Assembly (NCBI GenBank): GCA_964247055.1
Contig: OZ176052.1
Location: 9,362,001 to 9,426,000, forward strand
From: Paragordius varius
Taxonomy: Eukaryota > Animalia > Nematomorpha
DNA: 64,000 nt
Direction: 5' to 3'
Shown here: positions 52,501 through 64,000 of the stretch, piece by piece
Numbering within the stretch: position 1 is the first letter of the stretch
Layout of the letters: every line of letters begins with the position of its first letter
The notes under the pieces: model-generated
Seen by the model: the letters and a program-made list of their open reading frames with translations, nothing else
The model's database searches: none
What the model was told of the DNA's origin: nothing
Translations under genes and position numbers: made by a program

Positions 52501-55500
52501 TCATATAGCTCCTTGGCTTTTATTAATTTTACCTTTGTTCTTTAAATATTAAACTTTTGTAAGATTAACTATATTTAGCTTTTTTTTTCATTAATCAATT
52601 AATATAATTATATGTTTTTGAATCATGCTTAATTTATGTCTATAGTGCACCTATGGCGACAGGACCATCAGCAGCAACCCAAGACAACAATGAGTGAGAA
52701 TTAAAATACAATCGTGTCTCCTATGTATTTTAGTTTAAGAGCAAATCACATATTTGCTTTATTTCATATCATCTTTTACATTTTTTTTTTCATTTACAAA
52801 CTCTCATAGAGATTAGCTATTTAACAATTATAGTTTTCTTTTTTTTGTGAATTTTTTTATTTAACTCCTTTAAACCCTGAACAAATAAACTACTCCTAGA
52901 TATTATGAAGGAAATACCCATTACTCTTGTAACGAAATCGATCAAAATAGTTTTAATAACAACCATAAATATGAACATGGCTCTTATCCCATTGATAATG
53001 ATAATTATGAGGACTTTACCCCTCATTTAAGTAATAATTGCTTTAAGGGTTAATTTTTTATACAAATTTTGTGCTGCATTTTTCATCTAATAATTATATG
53101 TTAAATTTCTAAGATTAATCTATCTGTACATCTATGATTTTATTCTTACAAATAATCAATTTTATTTTATATGTGATAAATACCGTTTGTTTTGTGCATA
53201 TTTCAATTTACAAAAAATTATACGATATAGCTTGTCGGTATTTTTTGATATTGTTTTCCAATTTATATCTACATAGAAGATGATATAAGACATTATGATC
53301 AGGACTTTTATTACAACCATCAATCAGATCAATATAGTTTTGAAAAGTAGGTTTTTTTGTTTTGTGAATTGAAATTTTCTAATGTAATAAGATTCCCCTT
53401 ATTTATATTAACTCATAACTAATAACTTTAGCGCAATTGATGAATCACATCATCATTCAACTCCAAATTTTGAAGTACATGATGTAATTAATGTTTTATC
53501 GACTGAGCCCAAAGTTTTTATTGTTCTCAGAGGTTTGTCTGGTTCGGGAAAATCTCACGTTTCCAAAATAATTAAGGTGGGGCATAGTTATTTCGTTGAA
53601 ATTTTTGTGATTATAAATTTATATATGGGCCATCATGTATTAGCATCAGAAAAAGGATATTAAATATTAAAATATGGCATCAAAATTAGTTTAAGGTGTT
53701 ATCTTAGGACCTCTTTATGATTTTAGTTAACCCAAATATTTTGAACTTCTCATCCAGATTTAAATTGTAAATAATGGTCATAAAAACATGAATATTTTAT
53801 TTTGTTTATTGCACAATATTGTTTCATTATTTTTCAATAAATGGAAACGTAATTATTTTTATTTAATTTGATATATTTAATAATTTGAAATAATATTGAG
53901 GATCCATTTTGATTCAACCTTTTCTAAAAAAACCTATTTATACCATGACCTAAAGTTGGATCATTTTTATTTAATAATATCATTAAGTAATGTTAGATAA
54001 GTAATATTAAAAGGTTCCTTCAGTGTTTAGAAAATTTATTTTTACAGTGATAACATATATGCAACTGTTAAATTTATATCCATATATTTATCGCAAAGAT
54101 CATATAAGTACATTGTGTTAAACTTAATTTATATATCTTAAATTGGAAGGGAGTATTATATATATTCTTATATAACTTTCCAAAATTTAATTTCCCCGTT
54201 AGAAAGCATAATAGTTATAAGCTTTTAATAATTTGAATTATTGATTAAAAACAACACATCCTTTATAGATTTAAGGAATAAGTATAAATTTTGAATGAAT
54301 CAATAAAAAATGGGTTAATATATTGTATGAAAATCTAAGTTTTATATTGACACACAGCGATTTATCTATTAGTCGTGATCTTAGGTTTGAATATTCAATA
54401 TTATATTTAAAAGTTTTTCAAAGCTTAATACACAGATGAAAATTCAATTGAAACATGCCAAAAAATAGGTAAATAGTTTATAATATAATAAGTATTGAGA
54501 GATATGTTATATATTTTTCTAAAATTCCTTGGTTGATTCCACGAGTAAATGATACAAAGAAAACACAAATAATAATTTTTTATAAGGTTTCTACCTGTGT
54601 GTTAAAAGCCATAATTTAATTTTTAGCTTGAAGCTAAATTATGATGAGCACTTTTTTAAATTATGACTACAGACCAAAATTTTGGCTGAATAATTCTACA
54701 TTCCCATCTGTTTATAAAAATATAACGGCATTGGTTTAGCGAACATTTTTTTCAATAATTCAAGCTAATATAATTTAAATTTTTAGGATATTTTCTTTTC
54801 TAAAACAACATTAATAAGCCGTTTTCAGTATGGAAAAACATATTTGCTAATTTTTTCAAACAATAGTTTGTTGTATTTGTGCGGTTGTGTGTTTTTCGCA
54901 AGGTAATTTGTAAAATATTTTGCCATAAAAGCAGATTCATAGATTATAAGTTTAAATAAATTAGTTTAATGATTTAACCATTCCTCACCTTTTTATAGTA
55001 TAACGGGGGTGTTTTTTGTATAAATTAATTGTGGTTGTTTTCGCTAAAAAATCTTATGTTTTTGCAGTTCTAAAATTTAGTGCCCTTAAATCCAACTAAA
55101 ACAATAATTAATTTTAGAATCAATAAATATCGAAAATCCGCTGTAAAAGTGGAATAATATATGTTAATATATTATAATTTGACCAATATATTGTCATTGA
55201 CAGTTTTATAACGTTTAATAAAAAATATTAAAAATGGCGACCATGAAATAAGTTTTTTACAATATCACATTTTTCTAAAAATATTTTTTTATATAATGGA
55301 CCTTAATAGCCAAAGAATGCATAATATTTAGCGTCATTTAATAGATACTTAGAGTAATATATATTTGAACCGCTAATGTCAAGTGTTAAACGTCTAATAA
55401 ATCTTAATTGCTAGTTTATTATTTCAATACAATCGAAATATTATCATGTGACCTTTTAAAAATAAGGTACATTAGATTTGAGAAAGATAAATAAAAAATT

Positions 55501-58500
55501 ATTATTTGTTTCTTGATTATTTTATAGGGATAAGCGTACAGCATCTGTTTCCATATATATATATATATATATATTAGGGTCATTTTTTAACCATATTATT
55601 TTTAATGTTAAAGGATATTGCTACATTAATAAAAATTGTCCAATATTGCGAATTGTATTACGTTTCCCGACAAACTCATAAGTTGCATTAACTCTTCAAT
55701 AATTATAGATTCTAATCCTTAATTGACTCTATATAAATGTGTTATTCTTATATCATAAAATATATTTAAAATTGATCATTTTTTACCATAATGTCCTTAA
55801 ATTTCTGGTGGGTATTAAATGATAGTATTAATGTCTTGTCAGCTTCAAAACTTAAACACCTAATTTGATATTATAAGATGTTTAGTTTTATTTGGATATA
55901 CAATAACCTATTTATTGTTGGCTAATTCACAATATCATTGGTTAATTGATACTAAATTATCGTATGGTATATAAAATTTTTTGTTAATAACTAAATAAAC
56001 AAATTCAATTGAGATTGAAAAAATTATATAATTTCGCCTATTCGTTCTTTTTTATCCATGCGCTATTCTATTGCCAATTGTCCAAAAATTATATAAAATG
56101 GGTATTGTAAATAAAAAATGTCAATAATTTCTATGTTAATAATAAAAAATTGCGATCATAATCAATGGCAACTTTGTTAAGAATACGAAATTTCACCTTA
56201 AAATCCGATTAATTTAATGATTATATAAAAATGTAAAATTATGCATATTTGTTTATATAATAAAGAAATTTGGTAACCTTTATAAAGGCTCTTAATTCTA
56301 ACAACCATTTAAAACAGTTATTAAACGTTTTTTAATCTATTTCTCTTTAAGTTAACTATATTCATAATCACTGTTCCATTAATTTTATAAATGTCAGTGT
56401 ATTATACCAATTTAATTAAAACACTGTTTGTCCTGCATACAAATCAGGGCTTTTGAATGCTTAAATCATATTATTGATATTAAACAATTTGATGCACATT
56501 TAATTATTCATATTAAGTGTTTTTCTGGTTACACCGTCACAATATAAAGTATAGCTTTAAAATAGTTTTAAGCGGGTTAAATTTTAAAATAATGGATAAT
56601 GAACCGTATTAAGGCTTGAAAACCCCTTTACCAATGAACCTATAAGTCAAAAGTCCCATTATTTTAACAAATTTTTAAAAACAATTTATTCACAAATTTA
56701 ATAATATCTATGCATAAGTTTCTTTATGATAATCACATTCGGAGAAATCGGTTTTGTCAGTGATAATAAGTAAATTATTACAATTTAAGAGCAATTTTTA
56801 TAAACATATTTACAGTAATTTTATAATTATATATTAGGTCTTTTACGATCTTCATACATCTTAATTTGCTTAGTCCATTCAATTAAATTTTTTATTCTAG
56901 ATTAAGATAAATAAACAACCGCTAACAGCTTATAAATCGTTTTTTTGTAGAATTATTACTAAGCTCATTTTATCAATTATGAAATTATTCTTTATTAAGC
57001 GGTGCTTAACATCACTTCTTATATTTATAAGATATGATTGAATTTTTACTGAGTTTTTTTGACTAAATAGCAAGGCAAAAATTGAATAATTTTAAATAAA
57101 ACATGCGATGTTTTGACCAAAAGGGACTTGCTTTATTTGGTTTTTAACCAATTTTTAAATCTTTTCTTCCCTAAAAAATATCATAAAAGTTATTGTAAAA
57201 CAAATTCCAAGGTAAAGCTAATACATGATGGCCCAGCTTTTTTCACAAATTAATATTATATCTATATTTATTGTGGTTAATTATAAGGAGATTGCAATTA
57301 GTTTAAACAAAGATACACCTAAAATCTACTCTATTGATGACTACTTTATGGATGAGAATAATACTTATACCTATGAACCTGAATTAGAGTCCACTTATGA
57401 AGCAAGTTTGGAAAAAGCGATTAGTAAAGCTTTGTTATCCAACATGAATAAAATTATTATTATGGACTCAATAAATGCTAAGCTCCAGAGTTATGAGTCT
57501 TTAATAACATTGGCTTTGGGGATTGGATATAAAGTTTAATTTTGGCATAAAACTAATGTTTAGGCTTACGTGTGTGAAATGGATAATGAAGATGTTTCAA
57601 AGTGCTACGAACAAAACATTCATTCCAAAACTTATGAAGAAATACAAAGGGTAATTAATTAATATGCACAGATTTAAAATGTAACGTTTTGGTGGAACCA
57701 TAACTATTAGCTTTTAGCGGAACCGTTTTAGAAACAAAAATTTTTAAAACTGCTTTAGTTTTTTTAGAACGGCGACCGTTATTCCCAAAAATATGATTCT
57801 AAGTGTGCTTACATATAACAACCAAACCTTTTTTTGTACCGTTAACCCTTGTTTAATTTTTTTTCAAACATTTTACCATGAATTACAGTCATCCGATGAA
57901 TGGGAAATAGCACCATACCATTACCCCAGACTGGATGTCTTATCTATCTTAAATTATAAAAAAAATGTTGACAAACTTTTGACGACACCGAAAACGAAAT
58001 CTCCATCGTCATGTAAACCGGTGGAACCGGTCGGTATGAAAGACCAAGTGAGTTTCGTCCTAAAAAATTAATTTATTACTATTTTTTGTTTTTCACACTA
58101 TTTTACATGCTACAATCACAACAAATGTGTGTCACACAGGTAAGTAATGATAGCTCTAGTTGTTCTTTTACATCTTCCCGGTGGGATAATATAGAAAAAG
58201 AAACTAATTTAGGTATGTTTACAAACGATAAAAAAATAATTAATATTTTCATCATATATTTTGAATATCTAATATTTGTGATTACCTTATTTAATTAAAT
58301 ACATCTATAGAATTATTGTTTATATATATCATATGCAAGTATTATATCTTTTTTGTAATGCAGATAAGCTTGATGGTATGCGCATGAAAAAGCGTTCGAG
58401 TGCAACAAATTCTATTGAAGACTACTTGAAAGAACCGAATATGCTGGAAGAAATTAAACATTGTGATTCAAATAGCAACAAAAAAAGAGTAAATATATAT

Positions 58501-58980
58501 ACACTAAACTAAATTTTTGATTAAAATTGCCTTAAAAGCATGTATAACAGATGAACTAACAAGCTCTTGCAGACTATTTTTGTAAATCAACCGTTTTTTA
58601 AACCTTTTTATAAATGACGCTTTGGATCTTTATAATTTAAACAATTTTTTTATATCTTTATAATAGCGAATTTTTTGTGAATTTTTTTGTTAAAAACAAA
58701 TGATTCCTTATGAATTATTTGAATATTATTTTATAACATCTTTATGCGGTTCGGTGTTTTAAACACAAATTAGGTTTTTTATTAATTTATATATAGAATT
58801 TTTAAACAAACATAAATTATTCAATAAAATTGTTTTTAGGTTAGATGGGCCGATATCGAGGAAGCCAAGGAACAAGCAAAACATCGAGCTTTGGGATTCG
58901 TAGTTGGCATGACTGATTGGAACAAAATGGTTGATGATCAACAACCGCATAAAGCATTAAATAAAACTAAATTTATTTGA
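43589..58980 (+). CDS. YLPM1: YLP motif-containing protein 1 (ZAP3): Q/W-rich and proline-rich N-terminal region, C-terminal P-loop domain
   Basis: YEEQWNTWKQQM; Pro/Gly-rich exons at 45-51 kb; VFIVLRGLSGSGKSHVSKIIK (to 53576); PKIYSIDDYF, IIMDSIN, CYEQNIHSK, WEIAPYHYPRLDV, DKLDGMR, SIEDYL; last exon 58840-58980 VRWADIEE...ALGFVVGMTDWNK...ALNKTKFI*. These match recalled YLPM1 motifs, including the KKRVRW PP1-docking site. The ATG at 43589 and some middle exons are inferred. Confidence 0.92.
55553..55574. repeat. (TA)n microsatellite in a YLPM1 intron
   Basis: About 11 AT units. Confidence 0.9.
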
Positions 58981-59211
58981 CATATATAATAAATTAAGTA
59001 TTTGGATGCGAATAATAATGATGATGATGATCATAAGTATAATATTGCACAAATGTAAATAAAGCACATAAATATAAATATACAATTATAATGGGTGAGG
59101 GATTTGGTGAGATTTGACGGTTAATTAAGTAAATTGCACATGAACACATATCTAAAAGCTATAGAGAGGAATGTATAAAATTTTTACACAAACATATATA
59201 TATAAATATAT

Positions 59212-62200
59212 TCAAGATGTAGTTTTATCGTTTTTCTCAGAATATTCATCAATGTTTGACAATTTGGCACAAAGGGCCAATCTATCTCTATCTTGTTCTC
59301 GTTTTTTCCACATCTCCGAATCGACAAAACGTATCCTTTTATCCCTTAAAGAAGTAGATTTTGTACTCAAATCCAAGGAGTCATTGTCACGGGATAAACA
59401 TTCGAATTGGACTTCTGCGAAATTTGGCGCTTGATTTTTTGTTTCATTTTGATCTTTTGCAGTGTGGATTATTTCGGCATTAATCGGTTTTAAATCTAAG
59501 TTAGGGGATAGCAATTCGGCATCGGTAAAACCATTATTGTTTTGGCCTAAATAATAAATACATATTATCAACAAAATCGATAAAATATTTAACACATTTG
59601 CCATAAAATAAGTTTTTTTACACTCAAAAAGTTTAAAATCGTTTTAATTAGGAAAAATATGAGGGAAAAAAATAATACATACCTTTTTGTGATTTATGTT
59701 TGCTTTTTCTTTTCTCATTCAACAAGGGTCGCAAATGTCCACGCTTGGAATTATTTTTTGATGGATAGGATTTAAACATAACATCCTGTTTTCGAAACAG
59801 TTCTGAATCTCTATCTTCTCCATTATAGTCCTGAAAATAGTGTAAACACACAATAAATACTATCTTGCTTAAAAATTTAAGATAAAATTTGCTATGAAAT
59901 AGGGTAAAACCATACAAAAGTTATCTTATTAAAGAAATTGTATAAATGGGAAAAATGCTGCATTTTGCTAAATTTTAACCTCTTCAGAAGATAAGCTATC
60001 CTCTAAATATCCATTCTCGTATTTTTCAAATAAATGTATACCATTTACATAATGTTTAGTGTTGGGTCGATTATCCCTTTCATTTGTTTTAAACCAATAA
60101 AACAGATCTTTAATCCATTGACCTCTAATGATTCTGACATAAAAAAGATGTTATAGTAATAAAAAAATAAATTTTTATTGTTTAATTATTTTTCAAAAGT
60201 GTAATTTTAATTATGATAATTTTTATATCATAATAATTTTATTGCTATATTTTGTTAAAAATCTATTTTTTGTGAAACTTTGCACCACCCCTTTGAAATA
60301 TAAAAACCACCGTTAAAAATTAATCAATATATATTGACAAATAAAGAAATGCCCTCTTACTTTTTCCCATAATTGCGAAAGGTTTTTCCAACTTTAACCG
60401 AAGAAAAAGTTTTGGAATTAGTTATTAGCGAAGACGTATTCACATATTTCATGTGATAACAGAAACAATAAATGTAGGTAATAAACACGGCTAGTATGAT
60501 CAAGGTAAAAGAGAATCCAATAAGCAGTTGTTTTTTACGCACACTTAATCTGGACTAAAAGTAATGAGAAAAAATATATTTTTATAATTTTATAAAATAA
60601 GTCTCGCTACCTACGTAAATAAAGAACTCAAAAGTTTTGACAATTGAAATTTCGTGGTTTAACGAAAAATTCTATAAAAAACAAACTTTTAGTTATGAGA
60701 GCGAAATCGAGTTTAATTTAATTAATAATTATTTTAAAATCCGGGAACAGAAAACAACATAATGAATTATTTCAAGCGTTATGAAGCTATTTGAAAGCAT
60801 GTTTTGAGCGAAATCAAAATACCTCCAGAAAAGCCATTCTTTGATGTAAATATGAACCAATGCTATTGAATAAAAATAGATATATGAGTTAGTAAAAAGT
60901 TGAAATGATAATTTTTAAAGCAAGATCTACCTCGAATTTCTACCAAGTGAAGTGTCATTAGAAGAATATTCTTCGATATAGGCTGGCTGCATTTTATGTT
61001 TTCGATTTTTGGTAATAAACCCTACAAAAATTAAAACAAATATGAGATAGATCCAAGTAAATTTACTATTTTATTCACATATGAAAAACTTAATAAAATT
61101 TTAATTTAAAAGCGGCGAATACATTTCGTTGTAATAATTAAAATATTGATAAAAAAAACTTGGGCAATCTATCTCATCACTACCATCCTGACAATGAGTT
61201 ATCCCATCACATACATCGTATACAGCAATGCAAGGAGGTTTTCCCCTCAAACACTTAAACTCAAAATTTTCATTACATTCCCTATCTGTATAAAACATTA
61301 AAATAAATATTAAACTCGAAAAATGAAAAGACTCATATTTTTTTGATAAAGTCATATTTTTTTGATAGTACATGATTAGAATTGTAATAACATTTCGACT
61401 TGGCAACACAAAACGTAGATTATATAATAAAAGGTTTATGTCAAATTCTTTTACAATAATAATGTTATGTTCAAGAACTTTTATTTATTAATAATTTTAT
61501 AACCATCATTTAATTGTAAAGATGATTGTGGTTGGCCCTTATTATTCAAGGTGTTATCATTCACAATGTTTTTATTTTGGAAATCATCCATTGTCTGAAC
61601 TGTAGATACGTCTTGATATGGCCCTAACATATCAAATTAAACAAATTAAATAAAAAATCAAGAAATTTATATAAAAAAATTAATAATTTAAAATGCATAA
61701 ATTTAAAAAAACCATTATAATCGTCTTTTTCATCAGCGATTTCATTAATTGGTAAAACTCGATGAGAACGGGTAAAATATTTTTGGTTATCCATACTTTC
61801 CGGTTTCCACGGCAAGTAGGCAAATGTTGGGTTTTTGAAATCAAATTTAATGTCATAATTATTTTTTTGATAACGCGGAATTAAATACAAAAATTTTTGT
61901 TGACCAAACTTAAATTCCAGATTCATTTGGTTATTGTTACGATTTTGTGACAAAAGATAATTTAGTGGCATAAAATGGAGATATTGAGGAAATTTGGTCT
62001 GAGGTTGAATTGGACTAGGCTGAGATTTCGAAGTGAGATTTTTAATGTCTGGTAGGAAACCTGAAATAAAATTTGGATTTGGGAAATATTTGCAATATAT
62101 TCCCTTTGGTCCACAGAATATAAGCACACAATTGGGAATATTAACTTTCTAAAATATATAAAAAAACAACCTTATGAAAAAGGTAGGCATTGCAATCATT

Positions 62201-62374
62201 CAAATCACAGCATAATTTTTCGCATTGTTGAATGTTTTTGGTTTTAAGCGATTGAATTAAATATCCACTGGTTGTAACAGGTTTAATTATCACATTTTGA
62301 TTGGTAAAATACACATTATTACATCCTTTAACCGTATTAACCACAATATTCAATAATAAAAGACACCATAACAT
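59212..62374 (-). CDS. Type I membrane protein with MANSC/MANEC and LDL-receptor class A domains (LRP11-like architecture)
   Basis: Signal peptide MLWCLLLLNIVVNTVKG; MANSC-like CEKLCCDLNDCNAYLF|K..PNCVLIFCG...CKY; LDLa CNENFEFKCLRGKPPCIAVYDVCDGITHCQDGSDEIDC (about 61160-61285); TM LLIGFSFTLIILAVFITYIYCF; charged tail ending TAA at 59212. Some exons unresolved. Confidence 0.8.
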
Positions 62375-62441
62375 AAGTTATCGATTTTTAAGTTTGAATA
62401 TCTCCCAATAAAAATATATATACATTCATAAAATCAAATTT
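62375..62441. promoter_or_regulatory. 67-bp head-to-head interval between two start codons (candidate bidirectional promoter)
   Basis: Minus-strand ATG at 62374 and plus-strand MCM5 ATG at 62442. Confidence 0.6.
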
Positions 62442-64000
62442 ATGGCGGGATTTGACGAATTGGGAATTTATCATAGTGCCAATTTAGTTGATGATGTTTC
62501 GTCCAACTTTGAGCAGATAAATAGAACTAACATCCTTAAACGCTTAAAAGACTTTGTAAAAAACTTTTGTTTGGATTCTTTTAATTACATATACAGGTTT
62601 TTTTGTTTCATTTACATTACAGAGATCAATTACGACGTAATTGTGACCTTGGGAAAAATTGGTTGGAAGTTAATTTAGAAGACTTATCAAATTTTGATGA
62701 AGAACTGGGAGATAAATTATGGAATCTTCCCACAGAAATTATACCTATTTTTGAGATTGCATTGAAAGAAGTTATGGAGGAATTATTTTTGAAGGAGAGT
62801 GTTAGCGATTTGCAAATAATACTCAACACAAAAGCCAACCCAGTAAGCTTAAGGGATCTTAAGGTTTTACAACTAATAATCATCTAGTCAAATCAAGTAT
62901 CAAAACTTATAAAAATACCTGGGATAATAATATCTGCATCCTCAATCCGTACAAGAGCTATTGAATTATTTTTGCAATGCAAAAATTGTAAAAATGTGAA
63001 AACAAATATCAAGCTTAAATATGGTTTAGATGGATATTCCTTGCCCAGGAAATGCGACCAGTAATTAATCTACAAACCTAAAATAAATTATTAAGATTTT
63101 TATATTAACTTATCTAAGCGAATTGTCCACTTTATATTCATTCCCACAGCACATATACAAAAAACACTATTCATGACCATGTATCGATATTTATTTATTT
63201 TTGTTGAATTTTAAAATAAGAAGTTGCTTTGCTTTATCTAATGTCAATGGGTAAATCATGATTATTTTTTTAGTATTGTATAGGATGTAAATAAATAGTG
63301 AATTCAAACCTTGGTTAAAATTTAAATATTTTACCTACTTTTTAGGAATATTCTTATGGGCACAGTGGAAAAATGTCCCTTAGATCCCTACATAATAATT
63401 GGAGAAAAGTGTAAATGCATTGATGTTCAAACTCTTAAACTACAAGAAACTCCGGAAGACACACCGACTGGTGAAATGCCTCGTCACATTCTCCTTTATT
63501 GTGATCGGTTTTAAACCTTTTAAATTTTTCTGAAAAATATTTTTTCACACTTCCGTAACTAATTTGAAAATATTAATTTAATTATATATTTTATGTGGTT
63601 TAGAAATTTGATTGAAAGAGTTGTACCTGGAAACAAAATTAATGTATTGGGAATATATGTTATCAAAAAACTTACTAAACAGGTATAATTTTAGTTAATA
63701 GAGGCTATGTTTTTAAAACGAATTTTAATGTCCATTTATTATATGTTTTTATATTTTTTTATTAAAACTTATCCAAAAAATGGTTTTCAATTTAATATTT
63801 ATCAAATTTGTTTACTTATAATGAGTCTTTAATAATTATGCCATACTTAACATTTATGATATACACACTGGGTTTAAAAATAAATAAGAAAAGGCTTTTG
63901 ATTAATTCCTTATTTGCTTCAGAAACCCGGTTCAAGCAATGCCGGTACAAGAAGTCCCTATTTACGTGTTGTTGGATTCGATTTTAATCCTCAAAATCTT
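62442..64000 (+). CDS. MCM5: DNA replication licensing factor MCM5, 5' part (continues beyond the window)
   Basis: Exons 62442-62596, 62623-62863, 62888-63060, 63346-63507, 63604-63682, 63923 onward give [80 protein letters not shown]...[19 protein letters not shown]. These are MCM5-specific N-terminal motifs. Confidence 0.97.

Noticed and set aside
45310-62883. Opposite-strand ORFs such as 45310-45528, 49931-50248, 58759-58950, 59171-59434 and 62626-62883
   Set aside because: Antisense to identified exons of YLPM1, the MANSC gene and MCM5.
1-64000. Naming the source organism
   Set aside because: Micro-introns, low GC and gene content narrow it only to an AT-rich animal; a database search is required.

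Overview
AT-rich eukaryotic, apparently metazoan, genomic window using the standard genetic code; the species cannot be named from the sequence. Host genes: TTC17 (+, 16221-32950), an unidentified minus-strand gene whose last exon is 33051-33296, YLPM1/ZAP3 (+, 43589-58980), a MANSC+LDLa type I membrane protein (-, 59212-62374) and the 5' part of MCM5 (+, 62442 to window end). These genes mix multi-kb, TE-filled introns with ultra-short 22-30 nt GT-AG introns. The first 16 kb is a stack of transposons with readable junctions. It holds a 4.67-kb foldback palindrome, then an old piggyBac-like MITE interrupted by a hAT MITE (8-bp TSD). The hAT MITE is interrupted by a Helitron made of tandemly reiterated 5' ends, and the Helitron by a Mag-type Ty3/gypsy LTR retrotransposon (5-bp TSD, tRNA-His PBS). 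The same hAT MITE also carries a piggyBac-like MITE that has an inverted copy of itself inside it. RTE LINE, Penelope-like and further Mag fragments lie in introns and intergenic DNA. No CRISPR array, rRNA or tRNA gene was seen. Protein family calls rest on motifs recalled from known family members, not on database searches, and approximate boundaries are marked as such.
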